64,000 nucleotides of DNA from an uncultured Nitrososphaerales archaeon (GTDB lineage Archaea > Thermoproteota > Nitrososphaeria > Nitrososphaerales > Nitrososphaeraceae). The notes beneath the pieces were generated by a model. That model ran no database searches and had not been told where the DNA came from. It saw only the letters and a program-made list of their open reading frames with translations. The first letter of the stretch is position 1. Each line of letters begins with the position of its first letter. Both the position numbers and the translations under genes were made by a program. This document shows, in pieces, positions 22,900-34,784 of this stretch. Where the stretch lies: assembly GCA_963695855.1 (NCBI GenBank), contig CAVOHZ010000010.1, positions 960,001 through 1,024,000 of the forward strand, given 5' to 3'.

Positions 22900-23094
22900 T
22901 TAGTTTTATCAAATTGCCAGAAAAAGAGATCGTTAGACAGTTATGCTATAGCCTAAGACTATTTGTCTGCTAGTTTCTATTCTTAAAATGTAAAATCCTA
23001 GTTAGTGTAAAATTTCGATGTTATTCGATTAGACAAAAAAATCTATTTAATAATACACTTCGTCGATAATTTAATATAATAAACTTTTTATGTC

Positions 23095-23216
23095 ATAAAA
23101 TTAGAATAAAAATATTATATTTTATTTATAGAAAATATTTTGTATAATTTAACTTTATAAAATTAGAATAAAAATATTATATTTTATTTATAGAAAATAT
23201 TTTGTATAATTTAACT
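23095..23216. repeat. Direct tandem duplication, 60-bp unit, 62-bp period
   Basis: ataaaattagaataaaaatattatattttatttatagaaaatattttgtataatttaact at 23095 and 23157. Confidence 0.9.
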
Positions 23217-23291
23217 AATAGAAATTTTCTTAAAAAAATCTTTAATAATGTACCTAAGCTCAAATATATCTATAAAGATCATAGATAACTA

Positions 23292-23543
23292 ATGAATATA
23301 ACAAACTATAGTCTAATTTTAAGTGTAGTATTGATTACGGGAGTAGTTGCAATGACCTTTTCTTCTAGTATTGCAAACGTATATGCAAGCGAAGATTATA
23401 AACATAAAAAAAATATAAATGTCCAAAAAGACATATGTATAAACAAAAATGTAAATATCAATGGTGAGGCAGTATTCTCATCTGATAATGAAGACTTTCC
23501 ACATTGTTTCAATTTAAATATACCACAAAATTCTGACGACTAA
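23292..23543 (+). CDS. Small secreted protein
   Basis: Signal peptide ending VYA-SE; two Cys in mature part. Confidence 0.65.
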   Translation: MNITNYSLILSVVLITGVVAMTFSSSIANVYASEDYKHKKNINVQKDICINKNVNINGEAVFSSDNEDFPHCFNLNIPQNSDD

Positions 23544-24052
23544 CATCAAAATTCATATACACATATGAGAGAATTAGATGAGTTACTCACAAATTCATTT
23601 TTTCTTTTGAACGATATAACTGTTGTTCAATCTTATTTACGATTTAATTATATGGAATTGTCATTAAGAATCTCTTCTGTACAAGCAAAATCTTTAGAAA
23701 GACTTATCAAGAGTTGAACTAATTATTTTAGCTAAATTCTAGTTTAAGGTAAAAAATTTAAAGTTAAAATCTAATATCCTAATTTTTAGACCATATTTAT
23801 AGTCCTTGGGTTAAATATATTGCCAGTTTATCGATATGTTATTTCTGTCAATTAGATCTTTTATTACAGAATACTGAAAATCTGTTAGATTTATGAAATA
23901 ATGTTACCGATGGTAGAAGCAGAGCTCTAAGAAGTGTTAAGTATTGATCTTGTTATATTGAAGAGCAAAAATAAATAATGGAATACAATCTAACTATCTA
24001 TTCCTAGCCAAGTTATTTACTAATTCTCTATCTGTGATGAGAAAATGTATTA

Positions 24053-25054
24053 TCAATAGTTTTTTATCACCTGTGATTGAAATAATTTTAAACTTTTGAC
24101 ATTCAAATTTAAAAAATGCATTATAAAGTGACTTACTCCCTCATTCACATATTCGTTCAACCCTTTAATTATTTTTTCAGGAGTTCCTATCGTAACTCCG
24201 TTGACAAGATACTCTAAATATTCTTTCATGGTTTTGTCTTTCCTTTTCTCTGTGATCAAGATTCTATCGACCTCATCTTCAGATTCTCTAATAAGACAGG
24301 GAAGTACGATAGAATATTCTATCTCTTCAGGATCTCTTCCTATATCCTTACAATAGCCTTTCAAAATCGAAATTTTTCTTTTCATCTTCTTTGGAGACCC
24401 AAAAAAGAGATTGTATCTATCAGCATGTTTTGCGGCAACTTTAAGAAGATATTTTTCTCCAGAACCTCCTATCATTATTACAGGATGCGGTTTTTGAATA
24501 GGTTTAGGGTTACATATTGCGTTTGATATTTTATAGTAATTACCTAGAAAAGAAGTCGTATTTTCCTTCCACATTTTTTTCATTATCTGTAAAGATTCAT
24601 CCAATTGAGAGATTCGTGTAACGTGTGATGCAAATTCATATCCATATGACAAATACTCTTCTTGATACCATCCAGCACCCAATCCGACCTCAGCCCGACC
24701 ATTACTGATTATGTCCAACGTCGCAATCATTTTTGAAAGAAGACCGGGATTCCGATAAGAATTACACGTGACAACCTGTCCTATCTTAATTTTCTGTGTT
24801 ATTGGTGCAATTGAAGAAATCAGTGTAAAACATTCAAAAATATTTTTTTCAACATCATCTCTAAAATGCGGGATAAAATGATCGTAAGCATAAATGGAAT
24901 TGAATCTAGCCTGCTCTGCAGCAAGGGCTATCTTTTTCGAAAACTCGTATTGTTTAATCGGATCATTTTCTTCTTCTAATGGTAGATCTCCACCTCTCCA
25001 ACCTTGTGGAATAGTTAGTCCAAATTCTATATCTTTTTTATCTTTTATTTGCAA
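24053..25054 (-). CDS. LLM-class probable F420-dependent oxidoreductase
   Basis: YDHF, CNSYRNP, LDIISNGR, GAGWY, PKPIQKPHP..IGG.GE. Confidence 0.88.
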   Translation of the reverse strand: MQIKDKKDIEFGLTIPQGWRGGDLPLEEENDPIKQYEFSKKIALAAEQARFNSIYAYDHFIPHFRDDVEKNIFECFTLISSIAPITQKIKIGQVVTCNSYRNPGLLSKMIATLDIISNGRAEVGLGAGWYQEEYLSYGYEFASHVTRISQLDESLQIMKKMWKENTTSFLGNYYKISNAICNPKPIQKPHPVIMIGGSGEKYLLKVAAKHADRYNLFFGSPKKMKRKISILKGYCKDIGRDPEEIEYSIVLPCLIRESEDEVDRILITEKRKDKTMKEYLEYLVNGVTIGTPEKIIKGLNEYVNEGVSHFIMHFLNLNVKSLKLFQSQVIKNY

Positions 25055-25506
25055 GCTGTATTTTAATGATAATTTATCTAGATATAAATAATTTGTAATA
25101 CTTTTTAAATATTAAAAAGATTGACAATAACCTCGAACAAAAAAAGAAATATGTTAAACCTCAGTGATAAGTAACTAAAACTGATTGCATAAATGTCTGT
25201 ATTTTTAAATGATGTAAATAATAACATTCAAATAAATTTATGCGCAACTTTTTAAATATCTTCAGCACTTTTCAAACTAACAAGTCTTTTGTTATTTTAT
25301 TGACATCGTTTATTTCTCAAAGTGGGTTAAGAAAACCTTTATTTTAATATAATTTTCTGCATCGAATTACCATAGTAGATATAACTAATATGACAGGTTA
25401 CCACGAAATGACGCAGACATAAGCACATATAGAAAATATACAATTATGAATAAAAGATTAAAAATTGAATATTCCGTAAAGAATTAGAGGAGGGGATAAT
25501 ATAATC

Positions 25507-27495
25507 GTGAAATACAGCGTAGGTTTCGCGGGATGGCAAAAGATAACAGTTCCATCTAATAAACAAGAAAAAGAAGGAAAAGATATAATTGAAAATCTTT
25601 CCAAGACAACTTTTAAATCAAAAGATTATTTATGGCATTATTCTCAATTTTTTAACTTTGTACAAATTGATTTTCTCGATATTTTCAAGGATAAGAAGAT
25701 ATTGTCAGATTTACGTAGATTTAGACAAGCCCTTAGAGAATGGGCAGAATTTGGTCCTACTGATTTTAAATTCTCTATAATAGTCCCAAAACAATATATA
25801 GATATTAATAATGATAACCATGACAAGCTAGAAAGATTTCTTCAAGAACTTGAACCAATTCAAGAAAAGATTATTGCGATAGTGTTAAAAGTGCCATCGA
25901 CTTTTACTTTAGCAAAAGATAGAGAATGGTTGAATACGCTCTTAAAATTTTGTAAACAGTTTAAATATTCAATTGCAATAGAATTTGAACATCAATCTTG
26001 GTATCAAGACCTTACCTACAACATTTTAAAAAAGTACAATACTTCGCTGATATGGTCTGATCGACATAAATATCATGTAATTACATCCAATTTTTTGTAT
26101 TTACAGATAAGCGAAAATCTGGAAAAGTGGATACAAAAGTTAAAAGAAAAAGAGAAAGAGATTGAAAAAGAAAATAATAAAAGTACAAACTCTTATTCTA
26201 ATACTGATACAGGTTATTTTGTAGGTATAGTACTAGAAAATAATAATATCTCAAAAATAAATTTTATACAGAAATTATTAAATTCAGGGCAGGTTCAAAG
26301 CGTCAATAATTATAATAATCCGAAAAATGAGATCAAAGCATGGAAAGGTAAAGCGATTTTGCATGTTGACACTAACTCGTTTTATTCGTCATGTGAAGAA
26401 ATAAGAGATCCATCTTTAAAAGGAAAACCTCATGCTGTCATAATGACCGATGAAGAAAATAATAATATTACAAAAGGTGTGGTAGCAACCTGTTCATATG
26501 AGGCTAAGAGATTGGGAGTACAGTCTGCAATGCCTTTATACAAAGCTTTAAACCTATGTCCTAATTTGATTCTACGAGCTGTGGACAAAAGATACTATAA
26601 TATGATCTCAGAAAAAGTAATGGAAATACTGGAAAGATATGCAGATACTTTGGAACAAGCTAGTATAGATGAAGCATATTTGGACTGTACAAGAAAGATT
26701 TCTTCAATGAATATGACCGTAGAGTGGTATTCTAAAGAGATTAAAAAGAAAATTCGAGACGAATGCCAGGGGTTGTTAACCTCTGTAGGTGTAGCAACTA
26801 CAAAATCTGCTGCGAAAATAGCATCCGATTATCAAAAACCTGATGGTCTAACCATTGTTCATTTTGATGAATTGAAAAAATTTCTTGAACCATTGGAGGT
26901 TGAAAGAATTTCGGGGATTGGAAGTAAGACACAAAAAATCTTAAGAGAAGAGTTGAAAATTAAAACCATAGGCGAATTGGCAAGAGCCAATGTTCAGGTC
27001 TTGATAGAAAGATTTGGAAGGAAAACAGGAACGTGGATGTGGCAAGTGGCTAATGGAGAAGATAATGATAAGGTCATTCCAAGAGGAGAACATGTTTCCT
27101 TGAGTAATGAATCTACACTGGAGAATTTTACTCAAGACAGAGAGGAAATAAAAACGGTTTTACACGACATAGTTGATGAGCTGTATGATAGAATTTCTAG
27201 TTATGGTTATGAGTATAGAACTGTAGGAATAAAACTCGTTAGGACCGATTTTAGCATTGAAACAAGAGAAACATCTTATAATAGCTACAAAAATGATAGA
27301 AAAAGTATTGAGTCAGCTATCGATAAATTATTGGATAGATTCAATTTAACAAAAAATGAAGATAACAATGAAAACGAATTAGCAACCAAGAAAATACTAC
27401 TTATAAGGAAAGTTGGACTGAGAGTATCCAATTTGATTAGATTTCAAAATAAAATGAAAATTAACTCTCAAAGGACACTGTTTGATTACATTTAA
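25507..27495 (+). CDS. dinB: Fusion: N-terminal DUF72-like domain + Y-family DNA polymerase IV
   Basis: C-half HVDTNSFY, CSYEAK..GV.SAMP, SIDEAYLD, KPDG, GIGSKT, little finger; N-half VGFAGW, YSQFFNFVQID, FKFS, AIEFEHQSW, FLYL; GAGGAGGGG upstream of GTG. Confidence 0.88.
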   Translation: MKYSVGFAGWQKITVPSNKQEKEGKDIIENLSKTTFKSKDYLWHYSQFFNFVQIDFLDIFKDKKILSDLRRFRQALREWAEFGPTDFKFSIIVPKQYIDINNDNHDKLERFLQELEPIQEKIIAIVLKVPSTFTLAKDREWLNTLLKFCKQFKYSIAIEFEHQSWYQDLTYNILKKYNTSLIWSDRHKYHVITSNFLYLQISENLEKWIQKLKEKEKEIEKENNKSTNSYSNTDTGYFVGIVLENNNISKINFIQKLLNSGQVQSVNNYNNPKNEIKAWKGKAILHVDTNSFYSSCEEIRDPSLKGKPHAVIMTDEENNNITKGVVATCSYEAKRLGVQSAMPLYKALNLCPNLILRAVDKRYYNMISEKVMEILERYADTLEQASIDEAYLDCTRKISSMNMTVEWYSKEIKKKIRDECQGLLTSVGVATTKSAAKIASDYQKPDGLTIVHFDELKKFLEPLEVERISGIGSKTQKILREELKIKTIGELARANVQVLIERFGRKTGTWMWQVANGEDNDKVIPRGEHVSLSNESTLENFTQDREEIKTVLHDIVDELYDRISSYGYEYRTVGIKLVRTDFSIETRETSYNSYKNDRKSIESAIDKLLDRFNLTKNEDNNENELATKKILLIRKVGLRVSNLIRFQNKMKINSQRTLFDYI

Positions 27496-27781
27496 TTTGG
27501 TCGCATTATAATAATGTATTTATACGTGACCATTATATATTGCATACAGCATTTTTAGCTTTATTGAGTTAAATTGTAACTAAAAAATTAAAATATATCC
27601 AATTCATATAGATTAGAAATTTACTAGGTTATGAGTATGAAATATTACTTATATAAAAAATTATTATAATAGTAAGAATATAATTTAAAAATTTTTTGAA
27701 AAAACATTGACTGCCTTCATAGATTAATTATTTACATTTGATTTTTCTACCCGAAATATATGTAATTGATAAATATACAAA

Positions 27782-30700
27782 ATGTACAATTTCTGGATGA
27801 TAAAGTCATTATTTCTTATCTTTATGTTAGTTTTATCATTAATTCCTTTTTCTTCAGTGTACGGTCAAGAGTCTCGTAATACTATTATACATTCAGCAAT
27901 AGATGGTGATGACAACCCTGTGCCTAACGGAGGTGTCACGACATCGACTTCTATAACTTTCAATTATAGTGAACCTATAGACAACCAACCACAGGTTGAT
28001 TTGTTCAAGTGTCGATTAGATGGAACAGGAATGGACCCATTTGTTCCCTGTACTAATTTTGTACCTCCAGGGTTCTTTTTCAATACAAAAACCTACACTT
28101 TGCTGCCATTGGGAATGCATACATTTGAGGTGATTGCATGTTTGACTCCAGGTCCTCAGGAGATTTGTGATGAAACACCTGCTACTTGGACATGGTTTAT
28201 AGTTGATTTTGATACCTTCATAACCTCAGCGATTGATGGACAGAATAATACAGTATCCAATTCTGGGACATCTTTTTCTGATAAGATAACGTTTACATTT
28301 TCTGACAATGACTTGAACCAGCCTATAACTGTAGATGGCTTTGAGTGTTCTCTGGATGGTTCAATGTTTGCAGAATGTGATGATCCTGCATCCCAAACAT
28401 ATTCAGACCTTACTGCAGGTGCCCATCACTTTGAGGTAAGGTCCTATGTCTTTGATAATGGGGAGGAGCCTACCAAAATATACGATCAAACTCCAGCTAC
28501 ATGGGACTGGACAGTTATTACAGATACTGTCATAGATACTGCGATAGACGGAACCACTGCCAATATACCAAACGGGGTACTCTGTTTCTCGGATATGATC
28601 ACCTTTACCTATCATGCCACAATAGTAGATGACGGAGGACCAGGAACAATAACAGTAACACCAGATGGCTTTGAGTGTTCTCTGGATGGTTCAATGTTTG
28701 CAGAATGTGATGATCCTGCATCCCAAACATATTCAGACCTTACTGCAGGTGCCCATCACTTTGAGGTAAGGTCCTATGTCTTTGATAATGGGGAGGAGCC
28801 TACCAAAATATACGATCAAACTCCAGCTACATGGGACTGGACAGTTATTACAGATACTGTCATAGATACTGCGATAGACGGAACCACTGCCAATATACCA
28901 AACGGGGGTACCTCTGTCTCGGATATGATCACCTTTACCTATCATGCCACAATAGTAGATGACGGAGGACCAGGAACAATAACAGTAACACCAGATGGCT
29001 TTGAGTGTTCTCTGGATGGTTCAATGTTTGCAGAATGTGATGATCCTGCATCCCAAACATATTCAGACCTTACTGCAGGTGCCCATCACTTTGAGGTAAG
29101 GTCCTATGTCTTTGATAATGGGGAGGAGCCTACCAAAATATACGATCAAACTCCAGCTACATGGGACTGGACAGTTATTACAGATACTGTCATAGATACT
29201 GCGATAGACGGAACCACTGCCAATATACCAAACGGGGGTACCTCTGTCTCGGATATGATCACCTTTACCTATCATGCCACAATAGTAGATGACGGAGGAC
29301 CAGGAACAATAACAGTAACACCAGATGGCTTTGAGTGTTCTCTGGATGGTTCAATGTTTGCAGAATGTGATGATCCTGCATCCCAAACATATTCAGACCT
29401 TACTGCAGGTGCCCATCACTTTGAGGTAAGGTCCTATGTCTTTGATAATGGGGAGGAGCCTACCAAAATATACGATCAAACTCCACTACATGGGACTGGA
29501 CAGTTATTACAGATACTGTCATAGATACTGCGATAGACGGAACCACTGCCAATATACCAAACGGGGGTACTTCTGTCTCGGATATGATCACCTTTACCTA
29601 TCATGCCACAATAGTAGATGACGGAGGACCAGGAACAATAACAGTAACACCAGATGGCTTTGAGTGTTCTCTGGATGGTTCAATGTTTGCAGAATGTGAT
29701 GATCCTGCATCCCAAACATATTCAGACCTTACTGCAGGTGCCCATCACTTTGAGGTAAGGTCCTATGTCTTTGATAATGGGGAGGAGCCTACCAAAATAT
29801 ACGATCAAACTCCAGCTACATGGGACTGGACAGTTATTACAGATACTGTCATAGATACTGCGATAGACGGAACCACTGCCAATATACCAAACGGGGGTAC
29901 CTCTGTCTCGGATATGATCACCTTTACCTATCATGCCACAATAGTAGATGACGGAGGACCAGGAACAATAACAGTAACACCAGATGGCTTTGAGTGTTCT
30001 CTGGATGGTTCAATGTTTGCAGAATGTGATGATCCTGCATCCCAAACATATTCAGACCTTACTGCAGGTGCCCATCACTTTGAGGTAAGGTCCTATGTCT
30101 TTGATAATGGGGAGGAGCCTACCAAAATATACGATCAAACTCCAGCTACATGGGACTGGACAGTTATTACAGATACTGTCATAGATACTGCGATAGACGG
30201 AACCACTGCCAATATACCAAACGGGGATACTCTGTCTCGGATATGATCACCTTTACCTATCATGCCACAATAGTAGATGACGGAGGACCAGGAACAATAA
30301 CAGTAACACCAGATGGCTTTGAGTGTTCTCTGGATGGTTCAATGTTTGCAGAATGTGATGATCCTGCATCCCAAACATATTCAGACCTTACTGCAGGTGC
30401 CCATCACTTTGAGGTAAGGTCCTATGTCTTTGATAATGGGGAGGAGCCTACCAAAATATACGATCAAACTCCAGCTACATGGGACTGGACAGTTATTACA
30501 GATACTGTCATAGATGATGCTATCGATGGGGACAACGATCAAGTTTTGAATGGAGGTTCTACCTCCTCTAATGATATCACCTTTACCTATCATGCCACAA
30601 TAGTAGATGACGGAGGACCAGGAACAATAACAGTAACACCAGATGGCTTTGAATGCGAACTGGATGGCAATGGTTCAATGTTTGCAGAATGTGATAGTCT

Positions 30701-33700
30701 TACTAGTCAATCTTATATAGATCTTACTGCAGGTGCCCATCACTTTGAGGTAAGGTCCTATGTGCTTGACGATGAAATGAACAAGATATATGATTCTTCA
30801 CCTGCAACCTTCAATTGGAACATAAAGCAGTTCGATACAGTTATTAATTCAGCAATAGATGGTAACGGTGCCAATGTTACAAACGGCGGGTCCACTCCAT
30901 CTAACAACATAACATTTACTTTTTCAGCTATTGAGATTAATACTCTCCAATTAATGGGTAGCACTTTACAAATTTATACCGAAGATAATGAACAAATAGC
31001 AACACCATTTAATTCGTCCGAGATTGAAAATGATAATTCTAAAGAAATTCCTAATTCTCTATCTTCATTATTTAAATTAGTGATTCCACTGTTTACTTAT
31101 TTGAATTTCTCACCATTTTATACAACTCAATCGCTGGTGTCACCAGCCATTGCTCAGGAGATTTTTAATGTTCAACCAGGACTTCAGTGTATGTTAGATA
31201 ATGGACCATTCGAGGACTGTTCAACTGGTACTAAGAACTATCTTAACTTGTCTGCAGGTCAACATGTCTTTAAGGTTAGATGGAACATTAGTGAAACCGA
31301 ATTCAATCCATCTCCAGCTAACTTCACTTGGACAGTAGAACCAAATACCATTATAGACTCGGCAGTAGATGGAAATGGTGCGAATGTTACAAACGGCGGG
31401 TCTACAAATTCAAGCTCTATAAATTTCACATATCATGCAGAGGTTTCTGAAGGACCAATAATAGTAGATGGTTTTGAATGTTCTATTGATGGTGCTATGT
31501 TTGAAGACTGTACTTCGGGTGCCACCAAATCCTACACTAACCTTACTGCAGGTATCCACACGTTTGCAGTAAAATGGGTCAATGATGGATATGAGGCACA
31601 AACTCCAGCTAACTTCACTTGGACAGTAGAACCAAATACCATTATAGACTCGGCAGTAGATGGAAATGGTGCGAATGTTACAAACGGCGGGTCTACAAAT
31701 TCAAGCTCTATAAATTTCACATATCATGCAGAGGTTTCTGAAGGACCAATAATAGTAGATGGTTTTGAATGTTCTATTGACAGTGGATTATTTACTGAAT
31801 GTAACAGCGGCACTCAATCATATTCTGGTCTTCCAGCAGGTGTGCATACGTTTGCAGTAAAATGGGTCAATAATGACCATGAAGATCAAACACCTGCAAC
31901 ATGGAGATGGACCATTTTACCCGATACTGTTATAGATGCGGCTGTTGACGGAGTCGACGCAAACGCAGATCCAATTCCAAACGGCGGATCCACTTTATCA
32001 CATTCCATACTATTTTCATTTTCTGCCCAATTTAATGGTCTTCCAATTATGGTTGATGGCTTTGAGTGTTCTCTTGATGATATGACGTTTGCTGATTGTC
32101 CAATAGACAATCAAATTTTGTTCGAGGATTTATCACTTGGTCCACACACATTTGAAGTAAGAGCATTTATCGTTGAAAATGGAAATAGATTTTATGACCC
32201 AACACCAGCAACATGGACGTGGAACATTCTTCTGCCAAATACCGTTATAGATTCTGCAATTGACGGAAACGGTGATGATGTTTCAGATGGCGGATCCACT
32301 TTATCAGATTCCATAGAATTTGCGTTTTCTGCAGCGTTAGATGGTGTAACAGTTGATGTTGATGGTTTTGAGTGTTCTCTTGATAATGCAGAGTTTGTTG
32401 ACTGTTCTAGTCCCTTTTTGTTCGAGGGTTTGTCAGTTGGTCCACACACATTTGAAGTAGTAGCATTTATCGTTGTAGGTGAAACTAGATTACCCGATCC
32501 ATCGCCAGCCACTTTTAGCTGGATTATAGATGAAGCTGGAGGCGGCGGAGGTGGAGGCGGAGGTGGAGGCGGCGGAGCTGCAGGTGGCGGCGGAGGTGGA
32601 GGCGGCGGAGCTGCAGGTGGCGGCGGAGCTGCAGGTGGCGGCGGAGCTGCAGGTGGCGGCGGAGCTGCAGGTGGCGGCGGAGCTGCAGGTGGCGGCGGAG
32701 CTGCAGGTGGCGGCGGAGCTGCAGGTGGCGGCGGAGCTGCAGGTGGCGGCGGAGCTGCAGGTGGCGGCGGAGGCGGCGGAGGCGGCGGAGGCGGCGGAGG
32801 CGGCGGAGCCGGTGCAGGAGCTGGAGCCGGTGCAGGAGCTGGAGCCGGTGCAGGAGCTGGAGCCGGTGCAGGAGCTGGAGCCGGTGGTGGACAAGTAGGC
32901 AATGAGGCAGCTGGAGCCCCTGCCATAGGTTTCACTCCATTATCTGCAAGTTCAGGAAAGGATCTCAATGTTAAGATAGTTAAAACATTCGTGCTATCTG
33001 ACGAATGTAAAAAATTGTTTGGTCAATCTGTTGCCTCACAATATATCTTTACTATAAAACAGAATGTAACCGCGGATCCTTTTGTCATATCAGATAAGTA
33101 CAAGGAAGAGGGAGCTGAAATTACCAAGGTATATAACCTGACCGCTTTCAAAGGATTCTCTGCGTATATCGATGATAATGTACTTTTGCAAAAGATAAAA
33201 AGTGACCCGAGATTAGAATTATTTGAAAACAAGTATGGACTTTCTGGCCAAAATTCCCTTTCCTCTACCACCAATGCAACCACGATAAATACAACAGATG
33301 TTAAGGGTAATCAGACAATCAAAGATCAAAAAGAAAATGACTGTAAAATAGATTATGATAAAATACATTACCTTGCACAGAATTTCACAGCAAGAGAAGA
33401 AAACTTTACAGCCGTAAAAACGAATATTACAGCCGTAAAAACGAATATTACAGCCGTAAAAACGAATATTACAAAAGTCCCAGATATAGATATTGCAATT
33501 ATTGATACTGGAATAGATCTACTGCATCCAGATCTAAATATATATAAAGCAATAAATTTTGTCAATGATAGTCTGTCTGCAAATGATGATGTAGGACATG
33601 GCACTCATATTGCCGGCATAATTGCTGCTAAAAAGAATTCGCAAGGAATTGTTGGCATAGTACCTGGGGCAAAACTATGGGCTCTAAAAGTCTGTGACTA

Positions 33701-34607
33701 TAGAGGTGTATGTAATATGGCTGACGTATTGGATGCGATACAATATGTGACTGACCATAAAGATGAAATAGATGTGGTCAATCTCAGTGTTGGTTTTCCA
33801 AATTCAGAATTACTAAACTCAGCAATAAATGCATCAGTTCAACAGGGAATAACATATGTAGTTGCAGCAGGTAACAAGGGACTTGATTCTATCAATTCGA
33901 GTCCTGCAAATAATCCCAATGTAATTACTGTTTCAGCAATAGGAGACAGTGATGGGAGATGTGGAGGACAAGGACCAATTCTAGAAGATAATCTCATTGA
34001 CGATACATTTGCTAATTTCAGTAATTATGGTTCTGATATTGATATAGCTGCTCCAGGTGTACAAATATTTTCTACATATACACAAGAGGGATATGCGGTA
34101 GATACAGGTACAAGCATGGCTGCTCCTCATGTTGCAGGTTTGGCGGCTAAAATAAAAATGGATAATCCTGATGCCACACCACAAGAAGTTAAGAAAATCA
34201 TCTTATCATCTTCCATTGAGCCTGGAAAGATCTGCGCGAATGATAATAAAGGATACTTTAAAGGTGATAAAGACGCATATCATGAACCATTGCTTTACCT
34301 AAGCTCATTTTTGGCGCCAAAAATAGAATTACCTCCTGCAAACGCTTCCGTACAAAATGAGAATTCACCTTTGTTGAATTCTATGAATAACACATCTGAA
34401 AAGTCAGTACAAAAAAATGTTACAAAAATAGATAATAAAAACATAAAACTGGACAGCAACTCTACAACACCAGCGATTGTAGATCCATATAAATTGATTG
34501 TAGATCCATATAAAGTGTTTGTAGATCCATCTAAACTGGACATCAACTCTACCAAACCAGCCATTGCAGATTCAATTCAAAATTCTACTACAAAAAATAG
34601 ACAATAA
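27782..34607 (+). CDS. Giant secreted S8 (subtilisin-like) protease with Ig-like repeats, ~2275 aa if two single-base deletions (~29486, ~30227) are corrected
   Basis: ORFs 27782, 29584 and 30150 continue the same repeat; signal peptide VYG-QE; I9-like propeptide; triad IIDTG / HGTHIAG / GTSMAAPHVAG; AAGN. Confidence 0.85.
28333..30640 (+). repeat. Seven near-identical 330-bp coding tandem repeats (110-aa Ig/FnIII-like module), last unit partly diverged
   Basis: agatggcttt recurs at 28333, 28663, 28993, 29323, 29652, 29982, 30311 and 30641. Confidence 0.95.
31312..31780 (+). repeat. Second coding duplication with 291-bp period
   Basis: ctccagctaacttcacttggacagtagaaccaaatacc... at 31312 and 31603. 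Confidence 0.9.
32535..32891 (+). repeat. GC-rich low-complexity repeats encoding poly-Gly, (AAGGGG)n and (GA)n
   Basis: 18-bp units gctgcaggtggcggcgga and gccggtgcaggagctgga, 9-bp ggcggcgga. Confidence 0.95.
33406..33473 (+). repeat. 21-bp x3 coding repeat (TAVKTNI)
   Basis: ttacagccgtaaaaacgaata repeated three times. Confidence 0.9.
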
Positions 34608-34784
34608 ATATTGTTTTTTGATGCTGTAAATATACCAAAACCACCTATATGTATGAATTTATCTTTTAAACCATAAAATCGAATATGTCTTCTAAATCAC
34701 TGAAATAATAAAATCATCCAATAATTCTTATGAACAACATATAACTACCACAAAATGTCCAAAAAAAATCCTCTTCAGTATGAT

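Noticed and set aside
28403-30593. Repeated 70-aa antisense ORFs
   Set aside because: They recur only because the 330-bp coding repeat recurs.
28333-30640. Possible CRISPR-like or DGR-like array
   Set aside because: No unique spacers, no adenine-specific variation, unit length is a multiple of 3 and in a coding frame, and no cas or reverse transcriptase gene in the window.
32192-32968. 258-aa poly-Pro ORF (-) and the 134/122-aa repeat ORFs in other frames
   Set aside because: Shadow frames of the stop-free Gly/Ala repeat inside the protease gene.
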